From an uncultured virus (IMG/VR IMGVR_UViG_3300009155_000057) (lineage: Duplodnaviria; Heunggongvirae; Uroviricota; Caudoviricetes), in the IMG/VR virus record IMGVR_UViG_3300009155_000057: a stretch of DNA of 20,000 nt; one strand, given 5' to 3'. Positions within the stretch are counted from its first letter, which is position 1. Each line of letters begins with the position of its first letter. The notes beneath the pieces were generated by a model. It saw only the letters and a list, made by a program, of their open reading frames with translations. It was not told the origin of the DNA and made no database searches. Of this stretch, positions 1-5,580 are shown one piece after another. Made by a program: the position numbers and the translations under genes.

Positions 1-9
1 GCGGAGGAA

Positions 10-606
10 ATGATGGAAATCAATATCGCAACCAAGCTTGCAAATGATATTCGTAATTCTCTTCGTGGAGTCTCCCGCGCTGAAGTTGCAGGTTCTGTTC
101 GACGCCAAAAGCAAAACGTCAAAGACATTGAGATTGTTGCAATGGTGAGCGATTGGGATGAGCTTTTTAGTTCTCTTGCTCCTCATGGTACATTCATCAA
201 GCCTGGTGTTCCTGATGTCATTCCTTGGCCTCCAAAGCGTGACTCAAAGTACATTCGGATGCTTCTCAATGACGGTTTGAATCTTGACTTTTTCATTGCT
301 AGCCCTGAGAATTGGGGTGGCCTCTTCATGATGCGAACTGGCTCTGGTGCGGGTCCTGACGGCAATCCGTTCAATGGATTTACTCCGGGTATGTTCATGC
401 GTTGGAAGCAAGTTTCAAATGGCGGAAAGATGACCGGGTGTATGCCAACCCTTCCTGACGGTCATCGGGTCATCATTCGAGAGGAGGAGGACTTTTTCCG
501 TCTTCTTGGAGTCAAGTGGGTTTCGGCCCCTGAGCGAATCGCTCGCTCTTCTATTAAGAAGATTCCTGGATACGTCCTTGATATCTCTCTTTGGGAAACG
601 GTCTGA
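10..606 (+). CDS. Minimal DNA polymerase X-family nucleotidyltransferase
   Basis: Motifs VAGSVRRQKQNVKDIEIV (GSxRR..D-x-E), LNLDFF, MMRTGS and EEEDFFRLLGVKWVSAPER match PolX palm/thumb. GAGGA RBS upstream. No 8-kDa or PHP domain. Confidence 0.8.
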   Translation: MMEINIATKLANDIRNSLRGVSRAEVAGSVRRQKQNVKDIEIVAMVSDWDELFSSLAPHGTFIKPGVPDVIPWPPKRDSKYIRMLLNDGLNLDFFIASPENWGGLFMMRTGSGAGPDGNPFNGFTPGMFMRWKQVSNGGKMTGCMPTLPDGHRVIIREEEDFFRLLGVKWVSAPERIARSSIKKIPGYVLDISLWETV

Positions 607-632
607 GACACTGGAAAAATTCGACGGTACCT

Positions 633-661
633 GTGCAAACAGGCCTGCCACATGGTATAGT
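633..661 (+). promoter_or_regulatory. Sigma70-like promoter GTGCAA-N17-TATAGT with extended TG
   Basis: Same NTGCAA-N17/18-TAnnnT pattern recurs at 1481, 1725, 9444, 16240 and 18461, each upstream of a gene or RNA unit. Confidence 0.6.
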
Positions 662-703
662 TACAAAACCGGTGGAAAAAATACTACTAAAAAAGGAGCT
701 AAA

Positions 704-1453
704 ATGAAGCTGAATATCGGTAACGACGGCATCCCTTTCGGAACCAACATCAACAACATTACCGTTCCTGCTGAAATGCAGAAGCGCTTTATGTCTGGCC
801 TTGATTATTTTGATGCGGCCATCGGTGGTCGTGGCTTCACTCCGAGCACTTCGATGCTTTTCACCGGTGAATCCGGTGCTGGCAAGACCACGATGCTTCT
901 CACTCTTGCTGATCGACTTTCCCATAGTGGCGTCAGCGTTGTCTACAACACTGCTGAAGAGTCTCTCTATCAGGTGAAGATGACTTGTGATCGTCTTCGT
1001 TTCCGGCGTGGATTCGCTGTTGGCAGCGAAATCAATGTTGAGCGTCTCCTGAAGAAGGCGGATGTCATCCGAAACGCGGCTGCGGCTGCTGGAAAGCATT
1101 TTGTTCTCTTTGTGGATTCGCTCCAGTGTATGGACGATGACAATGGCGGCGGTGCTAATCGCCAAGCTGAACATGCTCTCTTCCGAATCACCTCTTGGTG
1201 CAAGGAGCACTATACCAATGCAATCGTCATTGGCCAGGTGACCAAGGGCGGCAAGTTCGCTGGTACGAACAAGTTGAAGCATGCCATTGATGCTCACCTC
1301 CATCTTGGCTTTGAAAAGAAGGACGAGGACCTCGTTGGTTGTCGAGTTCTTACTACCGAAAAGAATCGTTTCGGCGGTGGAGTCGGTGACACCACTTGGC
1401 TCTCTCTTGGTGAGAATGGCTTCAAGGTTGTTGCGGTCTCTCAAGAAGAGTAA
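704..1453 (+). CDS. radA: RadA/Sms-like RecA-fold ATPase (ATPase core only)
   Basis: Walker A GESGAGKT, AEES, Walker B LFVDSLQ, IGQVTKGGKFAG and the RadA signature KNRFG. AAGGAG RBS before ATG 704. Lacks the N-terminal Zn finger and C-terminal Lon-like domain. Confidence 0.85.
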   Translation: MKLNIGNDGIPFGTNINNITVPAEMQKRFMSGLDYFDAAIGGRGFTPSTSMLFTGESGAGKTTMLLTLADRLSHSGVSVVYNTAEESLYQVKMTCDRLRFRRGFAVGSEINVERLLKKADVIRNAAAAAGKHFVLFVDSLQCMDDDNGGGANRQAEHALFRITSWCKEHYTNAIVIGQVTKGGKFAGTNKLKHAIDAHLHLGFEKKDEDLVGCRVLTTEKNRFGGGVGDTTWLSLGENGFKVVAVSQEE

Positions 1454-1480
1454 CAACCCCGCAAAAAAATGCAAAAAAAA

Positions 1481-1509
1481 TTGCAATTTTTTGCGGAATG
1501 AGTTAATAT
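1481..1509 (+). promoter_or_regulatory. Promoter TTGCAA-N17-TAATAT at the head of the tRNA array, inside an inverted repeat
   Basis: 17-nt spacing. The -35 lies within the inverted repeat CCGCAAAAAA(1459-1468)/TTTTTTGCGG(1487-1496). Confidence 0.55.
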
Positions 1510-1617
1510 CTAATCAACACGGGGCGACAAAATGTTGCCTCAAAAAACGATCATTGACATATTGCTAATATATGTATGTAATTACTGATGTAGGGCCTAA
1601 AAATCCCTACATCTTAT

Positions 1618-1688
1618 GTCTCGCTGCTCAAGGAAGAGCGTTCAATGGACAGTCCATTGGATCCCTGGTTCGATTCCGGGGTGAGGCT
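1618..1688 (+). ncRNA. tRNA-like RNA with a palindromic arm replacing the anticodon arm
   Basis: Acceptor GTCTCGC/GTGAGGC, D stem GCTC/GAGC, T arm CCTGG-TTCGATT-CCGGG. Middle arm is CAATGGAC-A-GTCCATTG with no 7-nt anticodon loop. Confidence 0.7.
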
Positions 1689-1724
1689 TTAAATCAAAAC
1701 TGCGAATAAAAAAAGCATGAAGGT

Positions 1725-1753
1725 ATGCAAATCCGGCCGGCATGTGGTAATAT
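1725..1753 (+). promoter_or_regulatory. Promoter ATGCAA-N17-TAATAT (extended TG)
   Basis: Matches the recurrent motif and lies just upstream of tRNA-Ala. Confidence 0.6.
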
Positions 1754-1796
1754 AAGGACATACGGCGGCTGGAAAATAAAAACAAAAAAAACAAAT

Positions 1797-1868
1797 GGGG
1801 ATGTAAGCTAAACGGGAAACTGGCGGATTTGCACTCCGCTCTTAGGGGTTCGATTCCCCTCGTCTCCA
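1797..1868 (+). tRNA. tRNA-Ala(TGC)
   Basis: GGGGATG/CGTCTCC with G3:U70, GCGGA-TT TGC AC-TCCGC, T loop TTCGATT. CCA not encoded. Confidence 0.9.
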
Positions 1869-1875
1869 CTCTTTG

Positions 1876-1914
1876 GTGCCATCTTATTGGCGATGCATAA
1901 GATGAACACTTTTT
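1876..1914 (+). terminator. Hairpin plus T tract (possible intrinsic terminator)
   Basis: CATCTTAT/ATAAGATG stem followed by TTTTT. Confidence 0.4.
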
Positions 1915-1962
1915 CAACCCTTGACAATTTTTATTTTTGGTTGAAAATATTATAACGCATCG

Positions 1963-2097
1963 ACGTAATCACAGCACATGAAAATGTGTTTCCGCATCGT
2001 AACTGGCGGCAGGCTTGAATGGATATATGTATATCACTGTTTTGATACGTAATCACACCATTCTACTCCTTGGCCTGAGTGAACTGTGAAAAGGAGT
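1963..2097 (+). ncRNA. Candidate multi-stem pseudoknotted ncRNA
   Basis: Pairings TCACAG/CTGTGA, GCACAT-GAAA-ATGTGT, CCGC/GCGG, CAGGC/GCCTG, GAATGG/CCATTC and crossing ACTCCTT/AAGGAGT. No ORF. Confidence 0.5.
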
Positions 2098-2103
2098 TTT
2101 ATT

Positions 2104-2186
2104 GCCCCGGTTGCATAGAGGCCGATTGCACCGCTCTTGTAAGGCGGAATTCCACACCGTGAGTTCGAATCTCACTCGGGGCTCCA
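2104..2186 (+). tRNA. tRNA-Thr(TGT), 11-nt variable region
   Basis: GCCCCGG/TCGGGGC, CCGCT-CT TGT AA-GGCGG, GTGAG-TTCGAAT-CTCAC, CCA. Confidence 0.9.
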
Positions 2187-2195
2187 TTTAAATAT

Positions 2196-2269
2196 TGCGA
2201 GTTGGTGAAGCGGTCTAACACTGTTGGTTCATACCCAACCATTCACTGGTTCGAATCCAGTACTCGCAA
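2196..2269 (+). tRNA. tRNA-Met/Ile2(CAT)
   Basis: TGCGAGT/ACTCGCA, GTTGG-TT CAT AC-CCAAC, ACTGG-TTCGAAT-CCAGT. Confidence 0.88.
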
Positions 2270-2344
2270 CTTTTTTGTGTCGGATAGAGCAAAAATTTTA
2301 GAATATTTGCTCTATCCATATACTTAGCTACATTTCTAATACAT

Positions 2345-2808
2345 ATGAAACACACAACTGCAGGTACTGCAACAAGTCATACGAAAAGAAACAGTCAAAA
2401 TCAGCCCATGAGAAGTGGTGCAATTCCAAAGTCAGACCTGACCATTCCGGCAAAAAAAACCCCATGTGGGGCAAGTCTGGAAAAAATCAATGGTCAAAGG
2501 TTGACTGGGATAAGATTGCTTTTGAAGATCTGGGGATCATAAAAAAAAGAGAAAGGCTCCTAAAGGAATCCAATAACAGTTGCACTATGTGCGGTTTCTC
2601 AACGACAAAGGCCGACGGGACAGTGATACTCCAGATCGATCACATCGATGGCAATAGAAAGAACAATACTAAAGAAAATCTTAGAGTACTATGTCCCAAC
2701 TGTCATGCGGTATACTCCGAAAAATTCATGCACATAGGGCAGAAACACTCTGAAGAGTCAAAGAAAAAGTGCTCAAACACTCACTACCGTATCTCTTCGG
2801 TTTCCTAA
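2345..2808 (+). CDS. HNH endonuclease with N-terminal Zn finger and NUMOD3-like motifs; frameshifted at the extreme 5' end
   Basis: CTMCG...LQIDHIDGNRKNNTKENLRVLCPNCH is a clear HNH. The same frame extends upstream of 2464 as HNCRYCNKSYEKKQSKSAHEKWC..SGKKNPMWGK, but ATG 2345 is out of that frame. Confidence 0.85.
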
Positions 2809-2846
2809 ATCTGAGGTTGTAAGTTCAAGTCTTACAGGGGATACCA
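2791..2846 (+). tRNA. D-armless tRNA-Arg(CCT)-like element overlapping the HNH stop codon
   Basis: ATCTCTT/AGGGGAT acceptor, TT CCT AA loop, GTAAG-TTCAAGT-CTTAC, ACCA end. No D arm. Confidence 0.6.
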
Positions 2847-2851
2847 TTTAT

Positions 2852-2926
2852 GCACCCATGGTCAAGCGGTCAAGACGCTGGATTTTCACTCCGGAATGAC
2901 GGGTTCGATTCCCGTTGGGTGTACCA
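2852..2926 (+). tRNA. tRNA-Glu(TTC)
   Basis: GCACCCA/TGGGTGT, CTGGA-TT TTC AC-TCCGG, canonical T arm, CCA. Confidence 0.93.
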
Positions 2927-2935
2927 TATAAATAC

Positions 2936-3022
2936 GGGAGAGACGCGGAACGGGTATCCGCACCAGACTGTAAATCTGGCCCTCATAGAGGATTGTAAGT
3001 TCGAGCCTCACCTCTCCCACCA
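2936..3022 (+). tRNA. tRNA-Tyr(GTA)
   Basis: GGGAGAG/CTCTCCC, CCAGA-CT GTA AA-TCTGG, long variable arm, CCA. One T-stem mismatch. Confidence 0.9.
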
Positions 3023-3041
3023 CTTTGATAATCAAAAAAAT

Positions 3042-3116
3042 GGGCTGTAAGTGTTGTTGGGGGCACACGGGCTTTGCAAGCCTGAAGGACCGGTTCGATC
3101 CCGGTACGGTCCACCA
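3042..3116 (+). tRNA. tRNA-Ala(TGC), second gene
   Basis: GGGCTGT/ACGGTCC with G3:U70, CGGGC-TT TGC AA-GCCTG, CCA. Confidence 0.9.
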
Positions 3117-3121
3117 TTTTT

Positions 3122-3200
3122 CTGGGAATAGCGCAGCCTGGTTAGCGCGCCTGCCTTGGACGCAGGAGGTTCGTGAGTTCAAATCCCACTTCCCAGACCA
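3122..3200 (+). tRNA. tRNA-Pro(TGG)
   Basis: CTGGGAA/TTCCCAG, CCTGC-CT TGG AC-GCAGG, CCA. Confidence 0.92.
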
Positions 3201-3208
3201 TTTCATTC

Positions 3209-3284
3209 GGGTTGTTAGCTCAGTTGGTAGAGCGGCGGACATCAGGGCGCCACGTCGCAGGTTCGATCCCTGCACAACCCACCA
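3209..3284 (+). tRNA. tRNA-Lys-like body with aberrant anticodon arm (positional anticodon TCA)
   Basis: 76 nt with perfect acceptor GGGTTGT/ACAACCC, D arm GCTC-AGTTGGTA-GAGC, T arm and CCA. The anticodon region GGCGGACATCAGGGCGCC does not pair in the canonical register. Confidence 0.75.
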
Positions 3285-3292
3285 CTTCATAC

Positions 3293-3358
3293 GGGGTGTC
3301 TACTCATTAGGAGTAAATGACCGGTCAGTATCAGGTTGAAATCCTGAGCAACCCTCCA
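3293..3358 (+). ncRNA. 66-nt anticodon-less tRNA-like RNA
   Basis: GGGGTGT/GCAACCC-T-CCA, TACTC-ATTAG-GAGTA arm, TGACCGGTCA mini-palindrome, TCAGG-TTGAAAT-CCTGA T-like arm. Confidence 0.7.
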
Positions 3359-3364
3359 CTTTAT

Positions 3365-3458
3365 GCGCCCATATCGGAACTGCCTTCTAAGCAGGTGCTC
3401 ATCGTAGAGTAAACCCCGTAATTGGATTATGTAGGTTCGAGTCCTACTGGGCGTACCA
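3365..3458 (+). tRNA. Rearranged tRNA-Arg(TCT): no D arm, ~35-nt expanded variable region
   Basis: GCGCCCA/TGGGCGT-A-CCA, only TATCGGAA before CTGC-CT TCT AA-GCAG, then TGCTC-ATCGTA-GAGTA and CCG-TAATTGGATTAT, perfect T arm. Confidence 0.75.
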
Positions 3459-3460
3459 TT

Positions 3461-3539
3461 TGAATGATTTGCGATTGGTCCTTGACCACTGGGTCATTGC
3501 CCCCACCATTTGGAATGGTGCCCGAAAACAAATCATTCG
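3461..3539 (+). ncRNA. Four-way-junction structured RNA followed by a T tract
   Basis: Closing stem GAATGATTTG/CAAATCATTC encloses TGGTC-CTT-GACCA, GGG-TCATTG-CCC and CACCATT-TGG-AATGGTG. Confidence 0.6.
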
Positions 3540-3585
3540 TTTTTTCTTCAAAACTAAAGTCCCTTAACATTGAAAGGAGATACAA

Positions 3586-3636
3586 ATGAGTATTGTTTTG
3601 TCACTGCTTATTCTAATCGTAGTTGTAATTGGTTAG
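3586..3636 (+). CDS. 16-aa hydrophobic peptide MSIVLSLLILIVVVIG
   Basis: Strong AAGGAG RBS (3574-3579) 6 nt before ATG and tandem stops TAG TAA. Below the ORF-track cutoff. Confidence 0.55.
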   Translation: MSIVLSLLILIVVVIG

Positions 3637-3645
3637 TAAATCTGA

Positions 3646-3720
3646 GCACCCATGGTCAATTGGTTAAGACGCTGGATTTTCACTCCGGAATGGCGGGTTC
3701 GAGTCCTACTGGGCGTACCA
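3646..3720 (+). tRNA. Chimeric tRNA-Glu(TTC) with a 3' end from the Arg(TCT) gene
   Basis: The 5' part is nearly identical to the 2852 Glu gene. The 3' 25 nt are identical to the Arg(TCT) end, giving mismatches in the acceptor and T stems. Confidence 0.8.
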
Positions 3721-3739
3721 TCTCGATCAAGAGGATAGA

Positions 3740-4015
3740 ATGAAGATCACTTCTGATATGTGCAAAGCGGCGATTGCCGCCAAGGCAGCTGAGAATCCAG
3801 ACTACATTCGATCGCAGTTTGTTCTCCAGCCTGGAGAGAAATTTGACACAAGCTCTTGCACAAAAGTCAAAAACTGGAAACGACTGAGCAAAGAAATGAA
3901 TGATTGGGGATTCACAGAACGAGCGTTTGACTGCGTTCCATACGATGATTAACTTCGTGCATATACGCTTGATGACGGAAATAAAATTCTATCTGTTGAA
4001 ATCGTGGGAGAGTAA
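3740..4015 (+). pseudogene. Hypothetical protein interrupted by an in-frame TAA at 3950-3952
   Basis: GAGGA RBS. The frame continues past the stop as LRAYTLDDGNKILSVEIVGE to TAA 4013-4015. Confidence 0.55.
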
Positions 4016-4058
4016 TTTAGACTACAAGTCTAAAGCTTTAGATTCAAGCAAAGCTTTT

Positions 4059-4131
4059 GGATCAATAGCTTAATTGACAGAGCGTGGGACTACGGATCCC
4101 GATGGTAAAGGTTTAACTCCTTTTTGGTCCA
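4059..4131 (+). tRNA. tRNA-Arg(ACG), divergent D/T loops
   Basis: GGATCAA/TTGGTCC, TGGGA-CT ACG GA-TCCCG, D loop AATTGACA, T loop TTTAACT. Confidence 0.75.
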
Positions 4132-4174
4132 CTTTTCCTCCAAGACACCAATTTTTAAATAAAAGGAACAAGCA

Positions 4175-4366
4175 ATGTCAAATGAGCAACTTTATTCTAT
4201 TTCATGTAGTTGCGGATCACATTACAGACTTCAGGATAATTACTTGGTTTGGTATTGTGGACTTCCTGGATGCAATTTGAGTTATGTACGCTCTCGTTCA
4301 CAAGAGCCTGAGGAGGAAGGGGCCTCAATGATGTCACCCAGCGACTTTAAGAATTATTACAAATAA
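4175..4366 (+). CDS. Small Zn-ribbon-like protein
   Basis: AAGGA RBS; CSCG and CGLPGC cysteine pairs. Confidence 0.6.
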   Translation: MSNEQLYSISCSCGSHYRLQDNYLVWYCGLPGCNLSYVRSRSQEPEEEGASMMSPSDFKNYYK

Positions 4367-4376
4367 TGTTTATTAT

Positions 4377-4453
4377 ACGAGTGTAGCTCAGTTGGTTAGA
4401 GCACCCGACTGATATTCAGGAGCGCAATGGTTCGACTCCACTCACTCGTACCA
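4377..4453 (+). tRNA. tRNA-Ile(GAT)
   Basis: ACGAGTG/CACTCGT, CT GAT AT loop, CCA. Single mismatches in the anticodon and T stems. Confidence 0.87.
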
Positions 4454-4458
4454 TTTTT

Positions 4459-4535
4459 AGGATGATAGCTCAATTGGACAGAGCACCAGACTACGAATCT
4501 GGCGGTTGAAGGTTCGACTCCTTTTCATCCTACCA
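4459..4535 (+). tRNA. tRNA-Arg(ACG)
   Basis: AGGATGA/TCATCCT, CCAGA-CT ACG AA-TCTGG, A20-containing D loop, CCA. Confidence 0.93.
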
Positions 4536-4583
4536 TTTTAAATCGGAAGTCTAAATAAATTTGTTGATGTTAATATAATAAAT

Positions 4584-4666
4584 GGGATGCTAGCTTAATG
4601 GCAGAGCGGGCCCGTGGAGGCCCGTGGAGGGCCGAGATATAGGTTCGATCCCTATGCATACCCACC
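4584..4666 (+). ncRNA. tRNA-like RNA or pseudo-tRNA with a tandem 10-nt duplication in the anticodon arm
   Basis: GGGATGC/GCATACCC (bulged), GCTT/GAGC D stem, CCCGTGGAGG x2 (4611-4630), ATAGG-TTCGATC-CCTAT. Confidence 0.65.
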
Positions 4667-4672
4667 TTCTAT

Positions 4673-4746
4673 ACGGACATAGCTCAGCTGGTTAGAGCAG
4701 ATGATTCCAAATCATCAGGTCAGAGGTTCGAATCCTTTTGTCCGTG
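4673..4746 (+). tRNA. tRNA-Trp(CCA)
   Basis: ACGGACA/TGTCCGT-G73, GATGA-TT CCA AA-TCATC. Confidence 0.92.
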
Positions 4747-4763
4747 CTTTTTAAAATTGATTT

Positions 4764-4837
4764 GGCTTGATGGTGTAATGGGAGCACCCTTGACTGAAGA
4801 TCAAGTAGTAGCAGTTCGACCCTGCTTCGAGCCACCA
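4764..4837 (+). tRNA. tRNA-Phe(GAA)
   Basis: GGCTTGA/TCGAGCC, CTTGA-CT GAA GA-TCAAG, CCA. Confidence 0.9.
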
Positions 4838-4867
4838 CTTAAATACCAAAAAAAACAAGGAAAAAAC

Positions 4868-5098
4868 GTGAAGTTCATAATTGAATTTCTTGATGGGATT
4901 AGTGTGATTTTTTATGTTTTGTCAGTTTTTTTTATGGTTCTTGTACTAGCAAGGTTAGCTAGTGTAGGGATACTTCCAGCTTTATTTTATTGGCGTGACT
5001 TGTTTGTTAGCGGAAATCCTAATGCTATACTCCTACCAGTACTGGTTTTCTGCTTTGCATTTGTTTTGGATACAATTTCTACTTTTATTAAAAAGTGA
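4868..5098 (+). CDS. Small membrane protein (2-3 TM segments)
   Basis: GTG start after AAGGA and hydrophobic stretches. The ORF-track start at 4757 lies just upstream of tRNA-Phe, reads through it and is rejected. Confidence 0.65.
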   Translation: MKFIIEFLDGISVIFYVLSVFFMVLVLARLASVGILPALFYWRDLFVSGNPNAILLPVLVFCFAFVLDTISTFIKK

Positions 5099-5123
5099 TT
5101 GGATTAACAATCAAAACTATTGA

Positions 5124-5198
5124 TGCGGGGTATATCAGTGGCTGATAGCAAGGCTCATAACCTTGAGGACGCCGGTTCGATTCCGGCCCCCGCTTCCA
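5124..5198 (+). tRNA. tRNA-Met(CAT), initiator-like
   Basis: TGCGGGG/CCCCGCT with 1:72 mismatch, CAAGG-CT CAT AA-CCTTG, CCA. Confidence 0.88.
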
Positions 5199-5217
5199 TC
5201 TTAAAAAGGAGCAATAC

Positions 5218-5538
5218 ATGAGCTTCACTATGAAGTTTGTTTGCTGTGAAGTTGATGATGCTGAGGAAATTATTCCAAACTCTGGTTGCGGTGAGGTAGA
5301 TCATCTTCATTTGGATCTGTACAATTACATTGATACAGCTGGTGAAGGTCTTTATGTTACCCTCAAAAATGACGGAACAGTCTTCTTTAAGGAAGAACAA
5401 TCCTGGTATCATCCAAGTTATTGGGATCAATCCAAGCTCATTGAGATTGTTAAGAGCACCACCAACAAGAAGTACTCTCTTGATTTTGGTCAATGTCCCA
5501 ATTGTGGTGAATGCGCTCTTGTTGAATATAGTGAATAA
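5218..5538 (+). CDS. Hypothetical acidic protein with C-terminal CPNCG
   Basis: AAGGAG RBS, 106-aa ORF. Confidence 0.75.
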   Translation: MSFTMKFVCCEVDDAEEIIPNSGCGEVDHLHLDLYNYIDTAGEGLYVTLKNDGTVFFKEEQSWYHPSYWDQSKLIEIVKSTTNKKYSLDFGQCPNCGECALVEYSE

Positions 5539-5580
5539 GATTAATTGTAATTGAGCAAAATTTGCTCTTACAAACTAAGT

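Larger units (their letters stand above)
3434..3721 (+). repeat. 26-bp direct repeat of a tRNA 3' end (3434-3459 and 3696-3721)
   Basis: GGTTCGAGTCCTACTGGGCGTACCAT is identical at both positions. Confidence 0.9.

Noticed and set aside
506..703. N-terminal extension of RadA in the ORF track
   Set aside because: It overlaps PolX and a promoter; the strong RBS is at ATG 704.
554..1486. 310-aa minus-strand ORF (also 17117-17578, 18493-18831 and 19018-19650)
   Set aside because: Antisense shadows of RadA, NadM and NAMPT with no recognisable motifs.
2065..2097. Hammerhead-like CTGAGTGA...GAAA core
   Set aside because: It does not match CUGANGA and leaves no room for stems I and II.
2278..2808. 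Group I intron containing the HNH
   Set aside because: Too little non-coding sequence for a catalytic core, no recognisable P7, and no complete 5' tRNA exon upstream.
3209..3284. Selenocysteine tRNA (TCA)
   Set aside because: Only 76 nt, with no long variable arm and no 8-bp acceptor stem.
1642..3339. ORFs 1642-1917, 2850-3050, 2886-3290 and 3025-3339 (also 4074-4280, 5155-5493 and 16647-16874)
   Set aside because: They overlap tRNA genes and show typical tRNA-translation peptides such as GIEP and GSN.
4016..4058. Short palindromes TTTAGACT-ACA-AGTCTAAA and AAAGCTTT x2 (also 16720-16740)
   Set aside because: Isolated AT-rich hairpins before tRNAs; no function can be supported beyond possible termination or processing signals.
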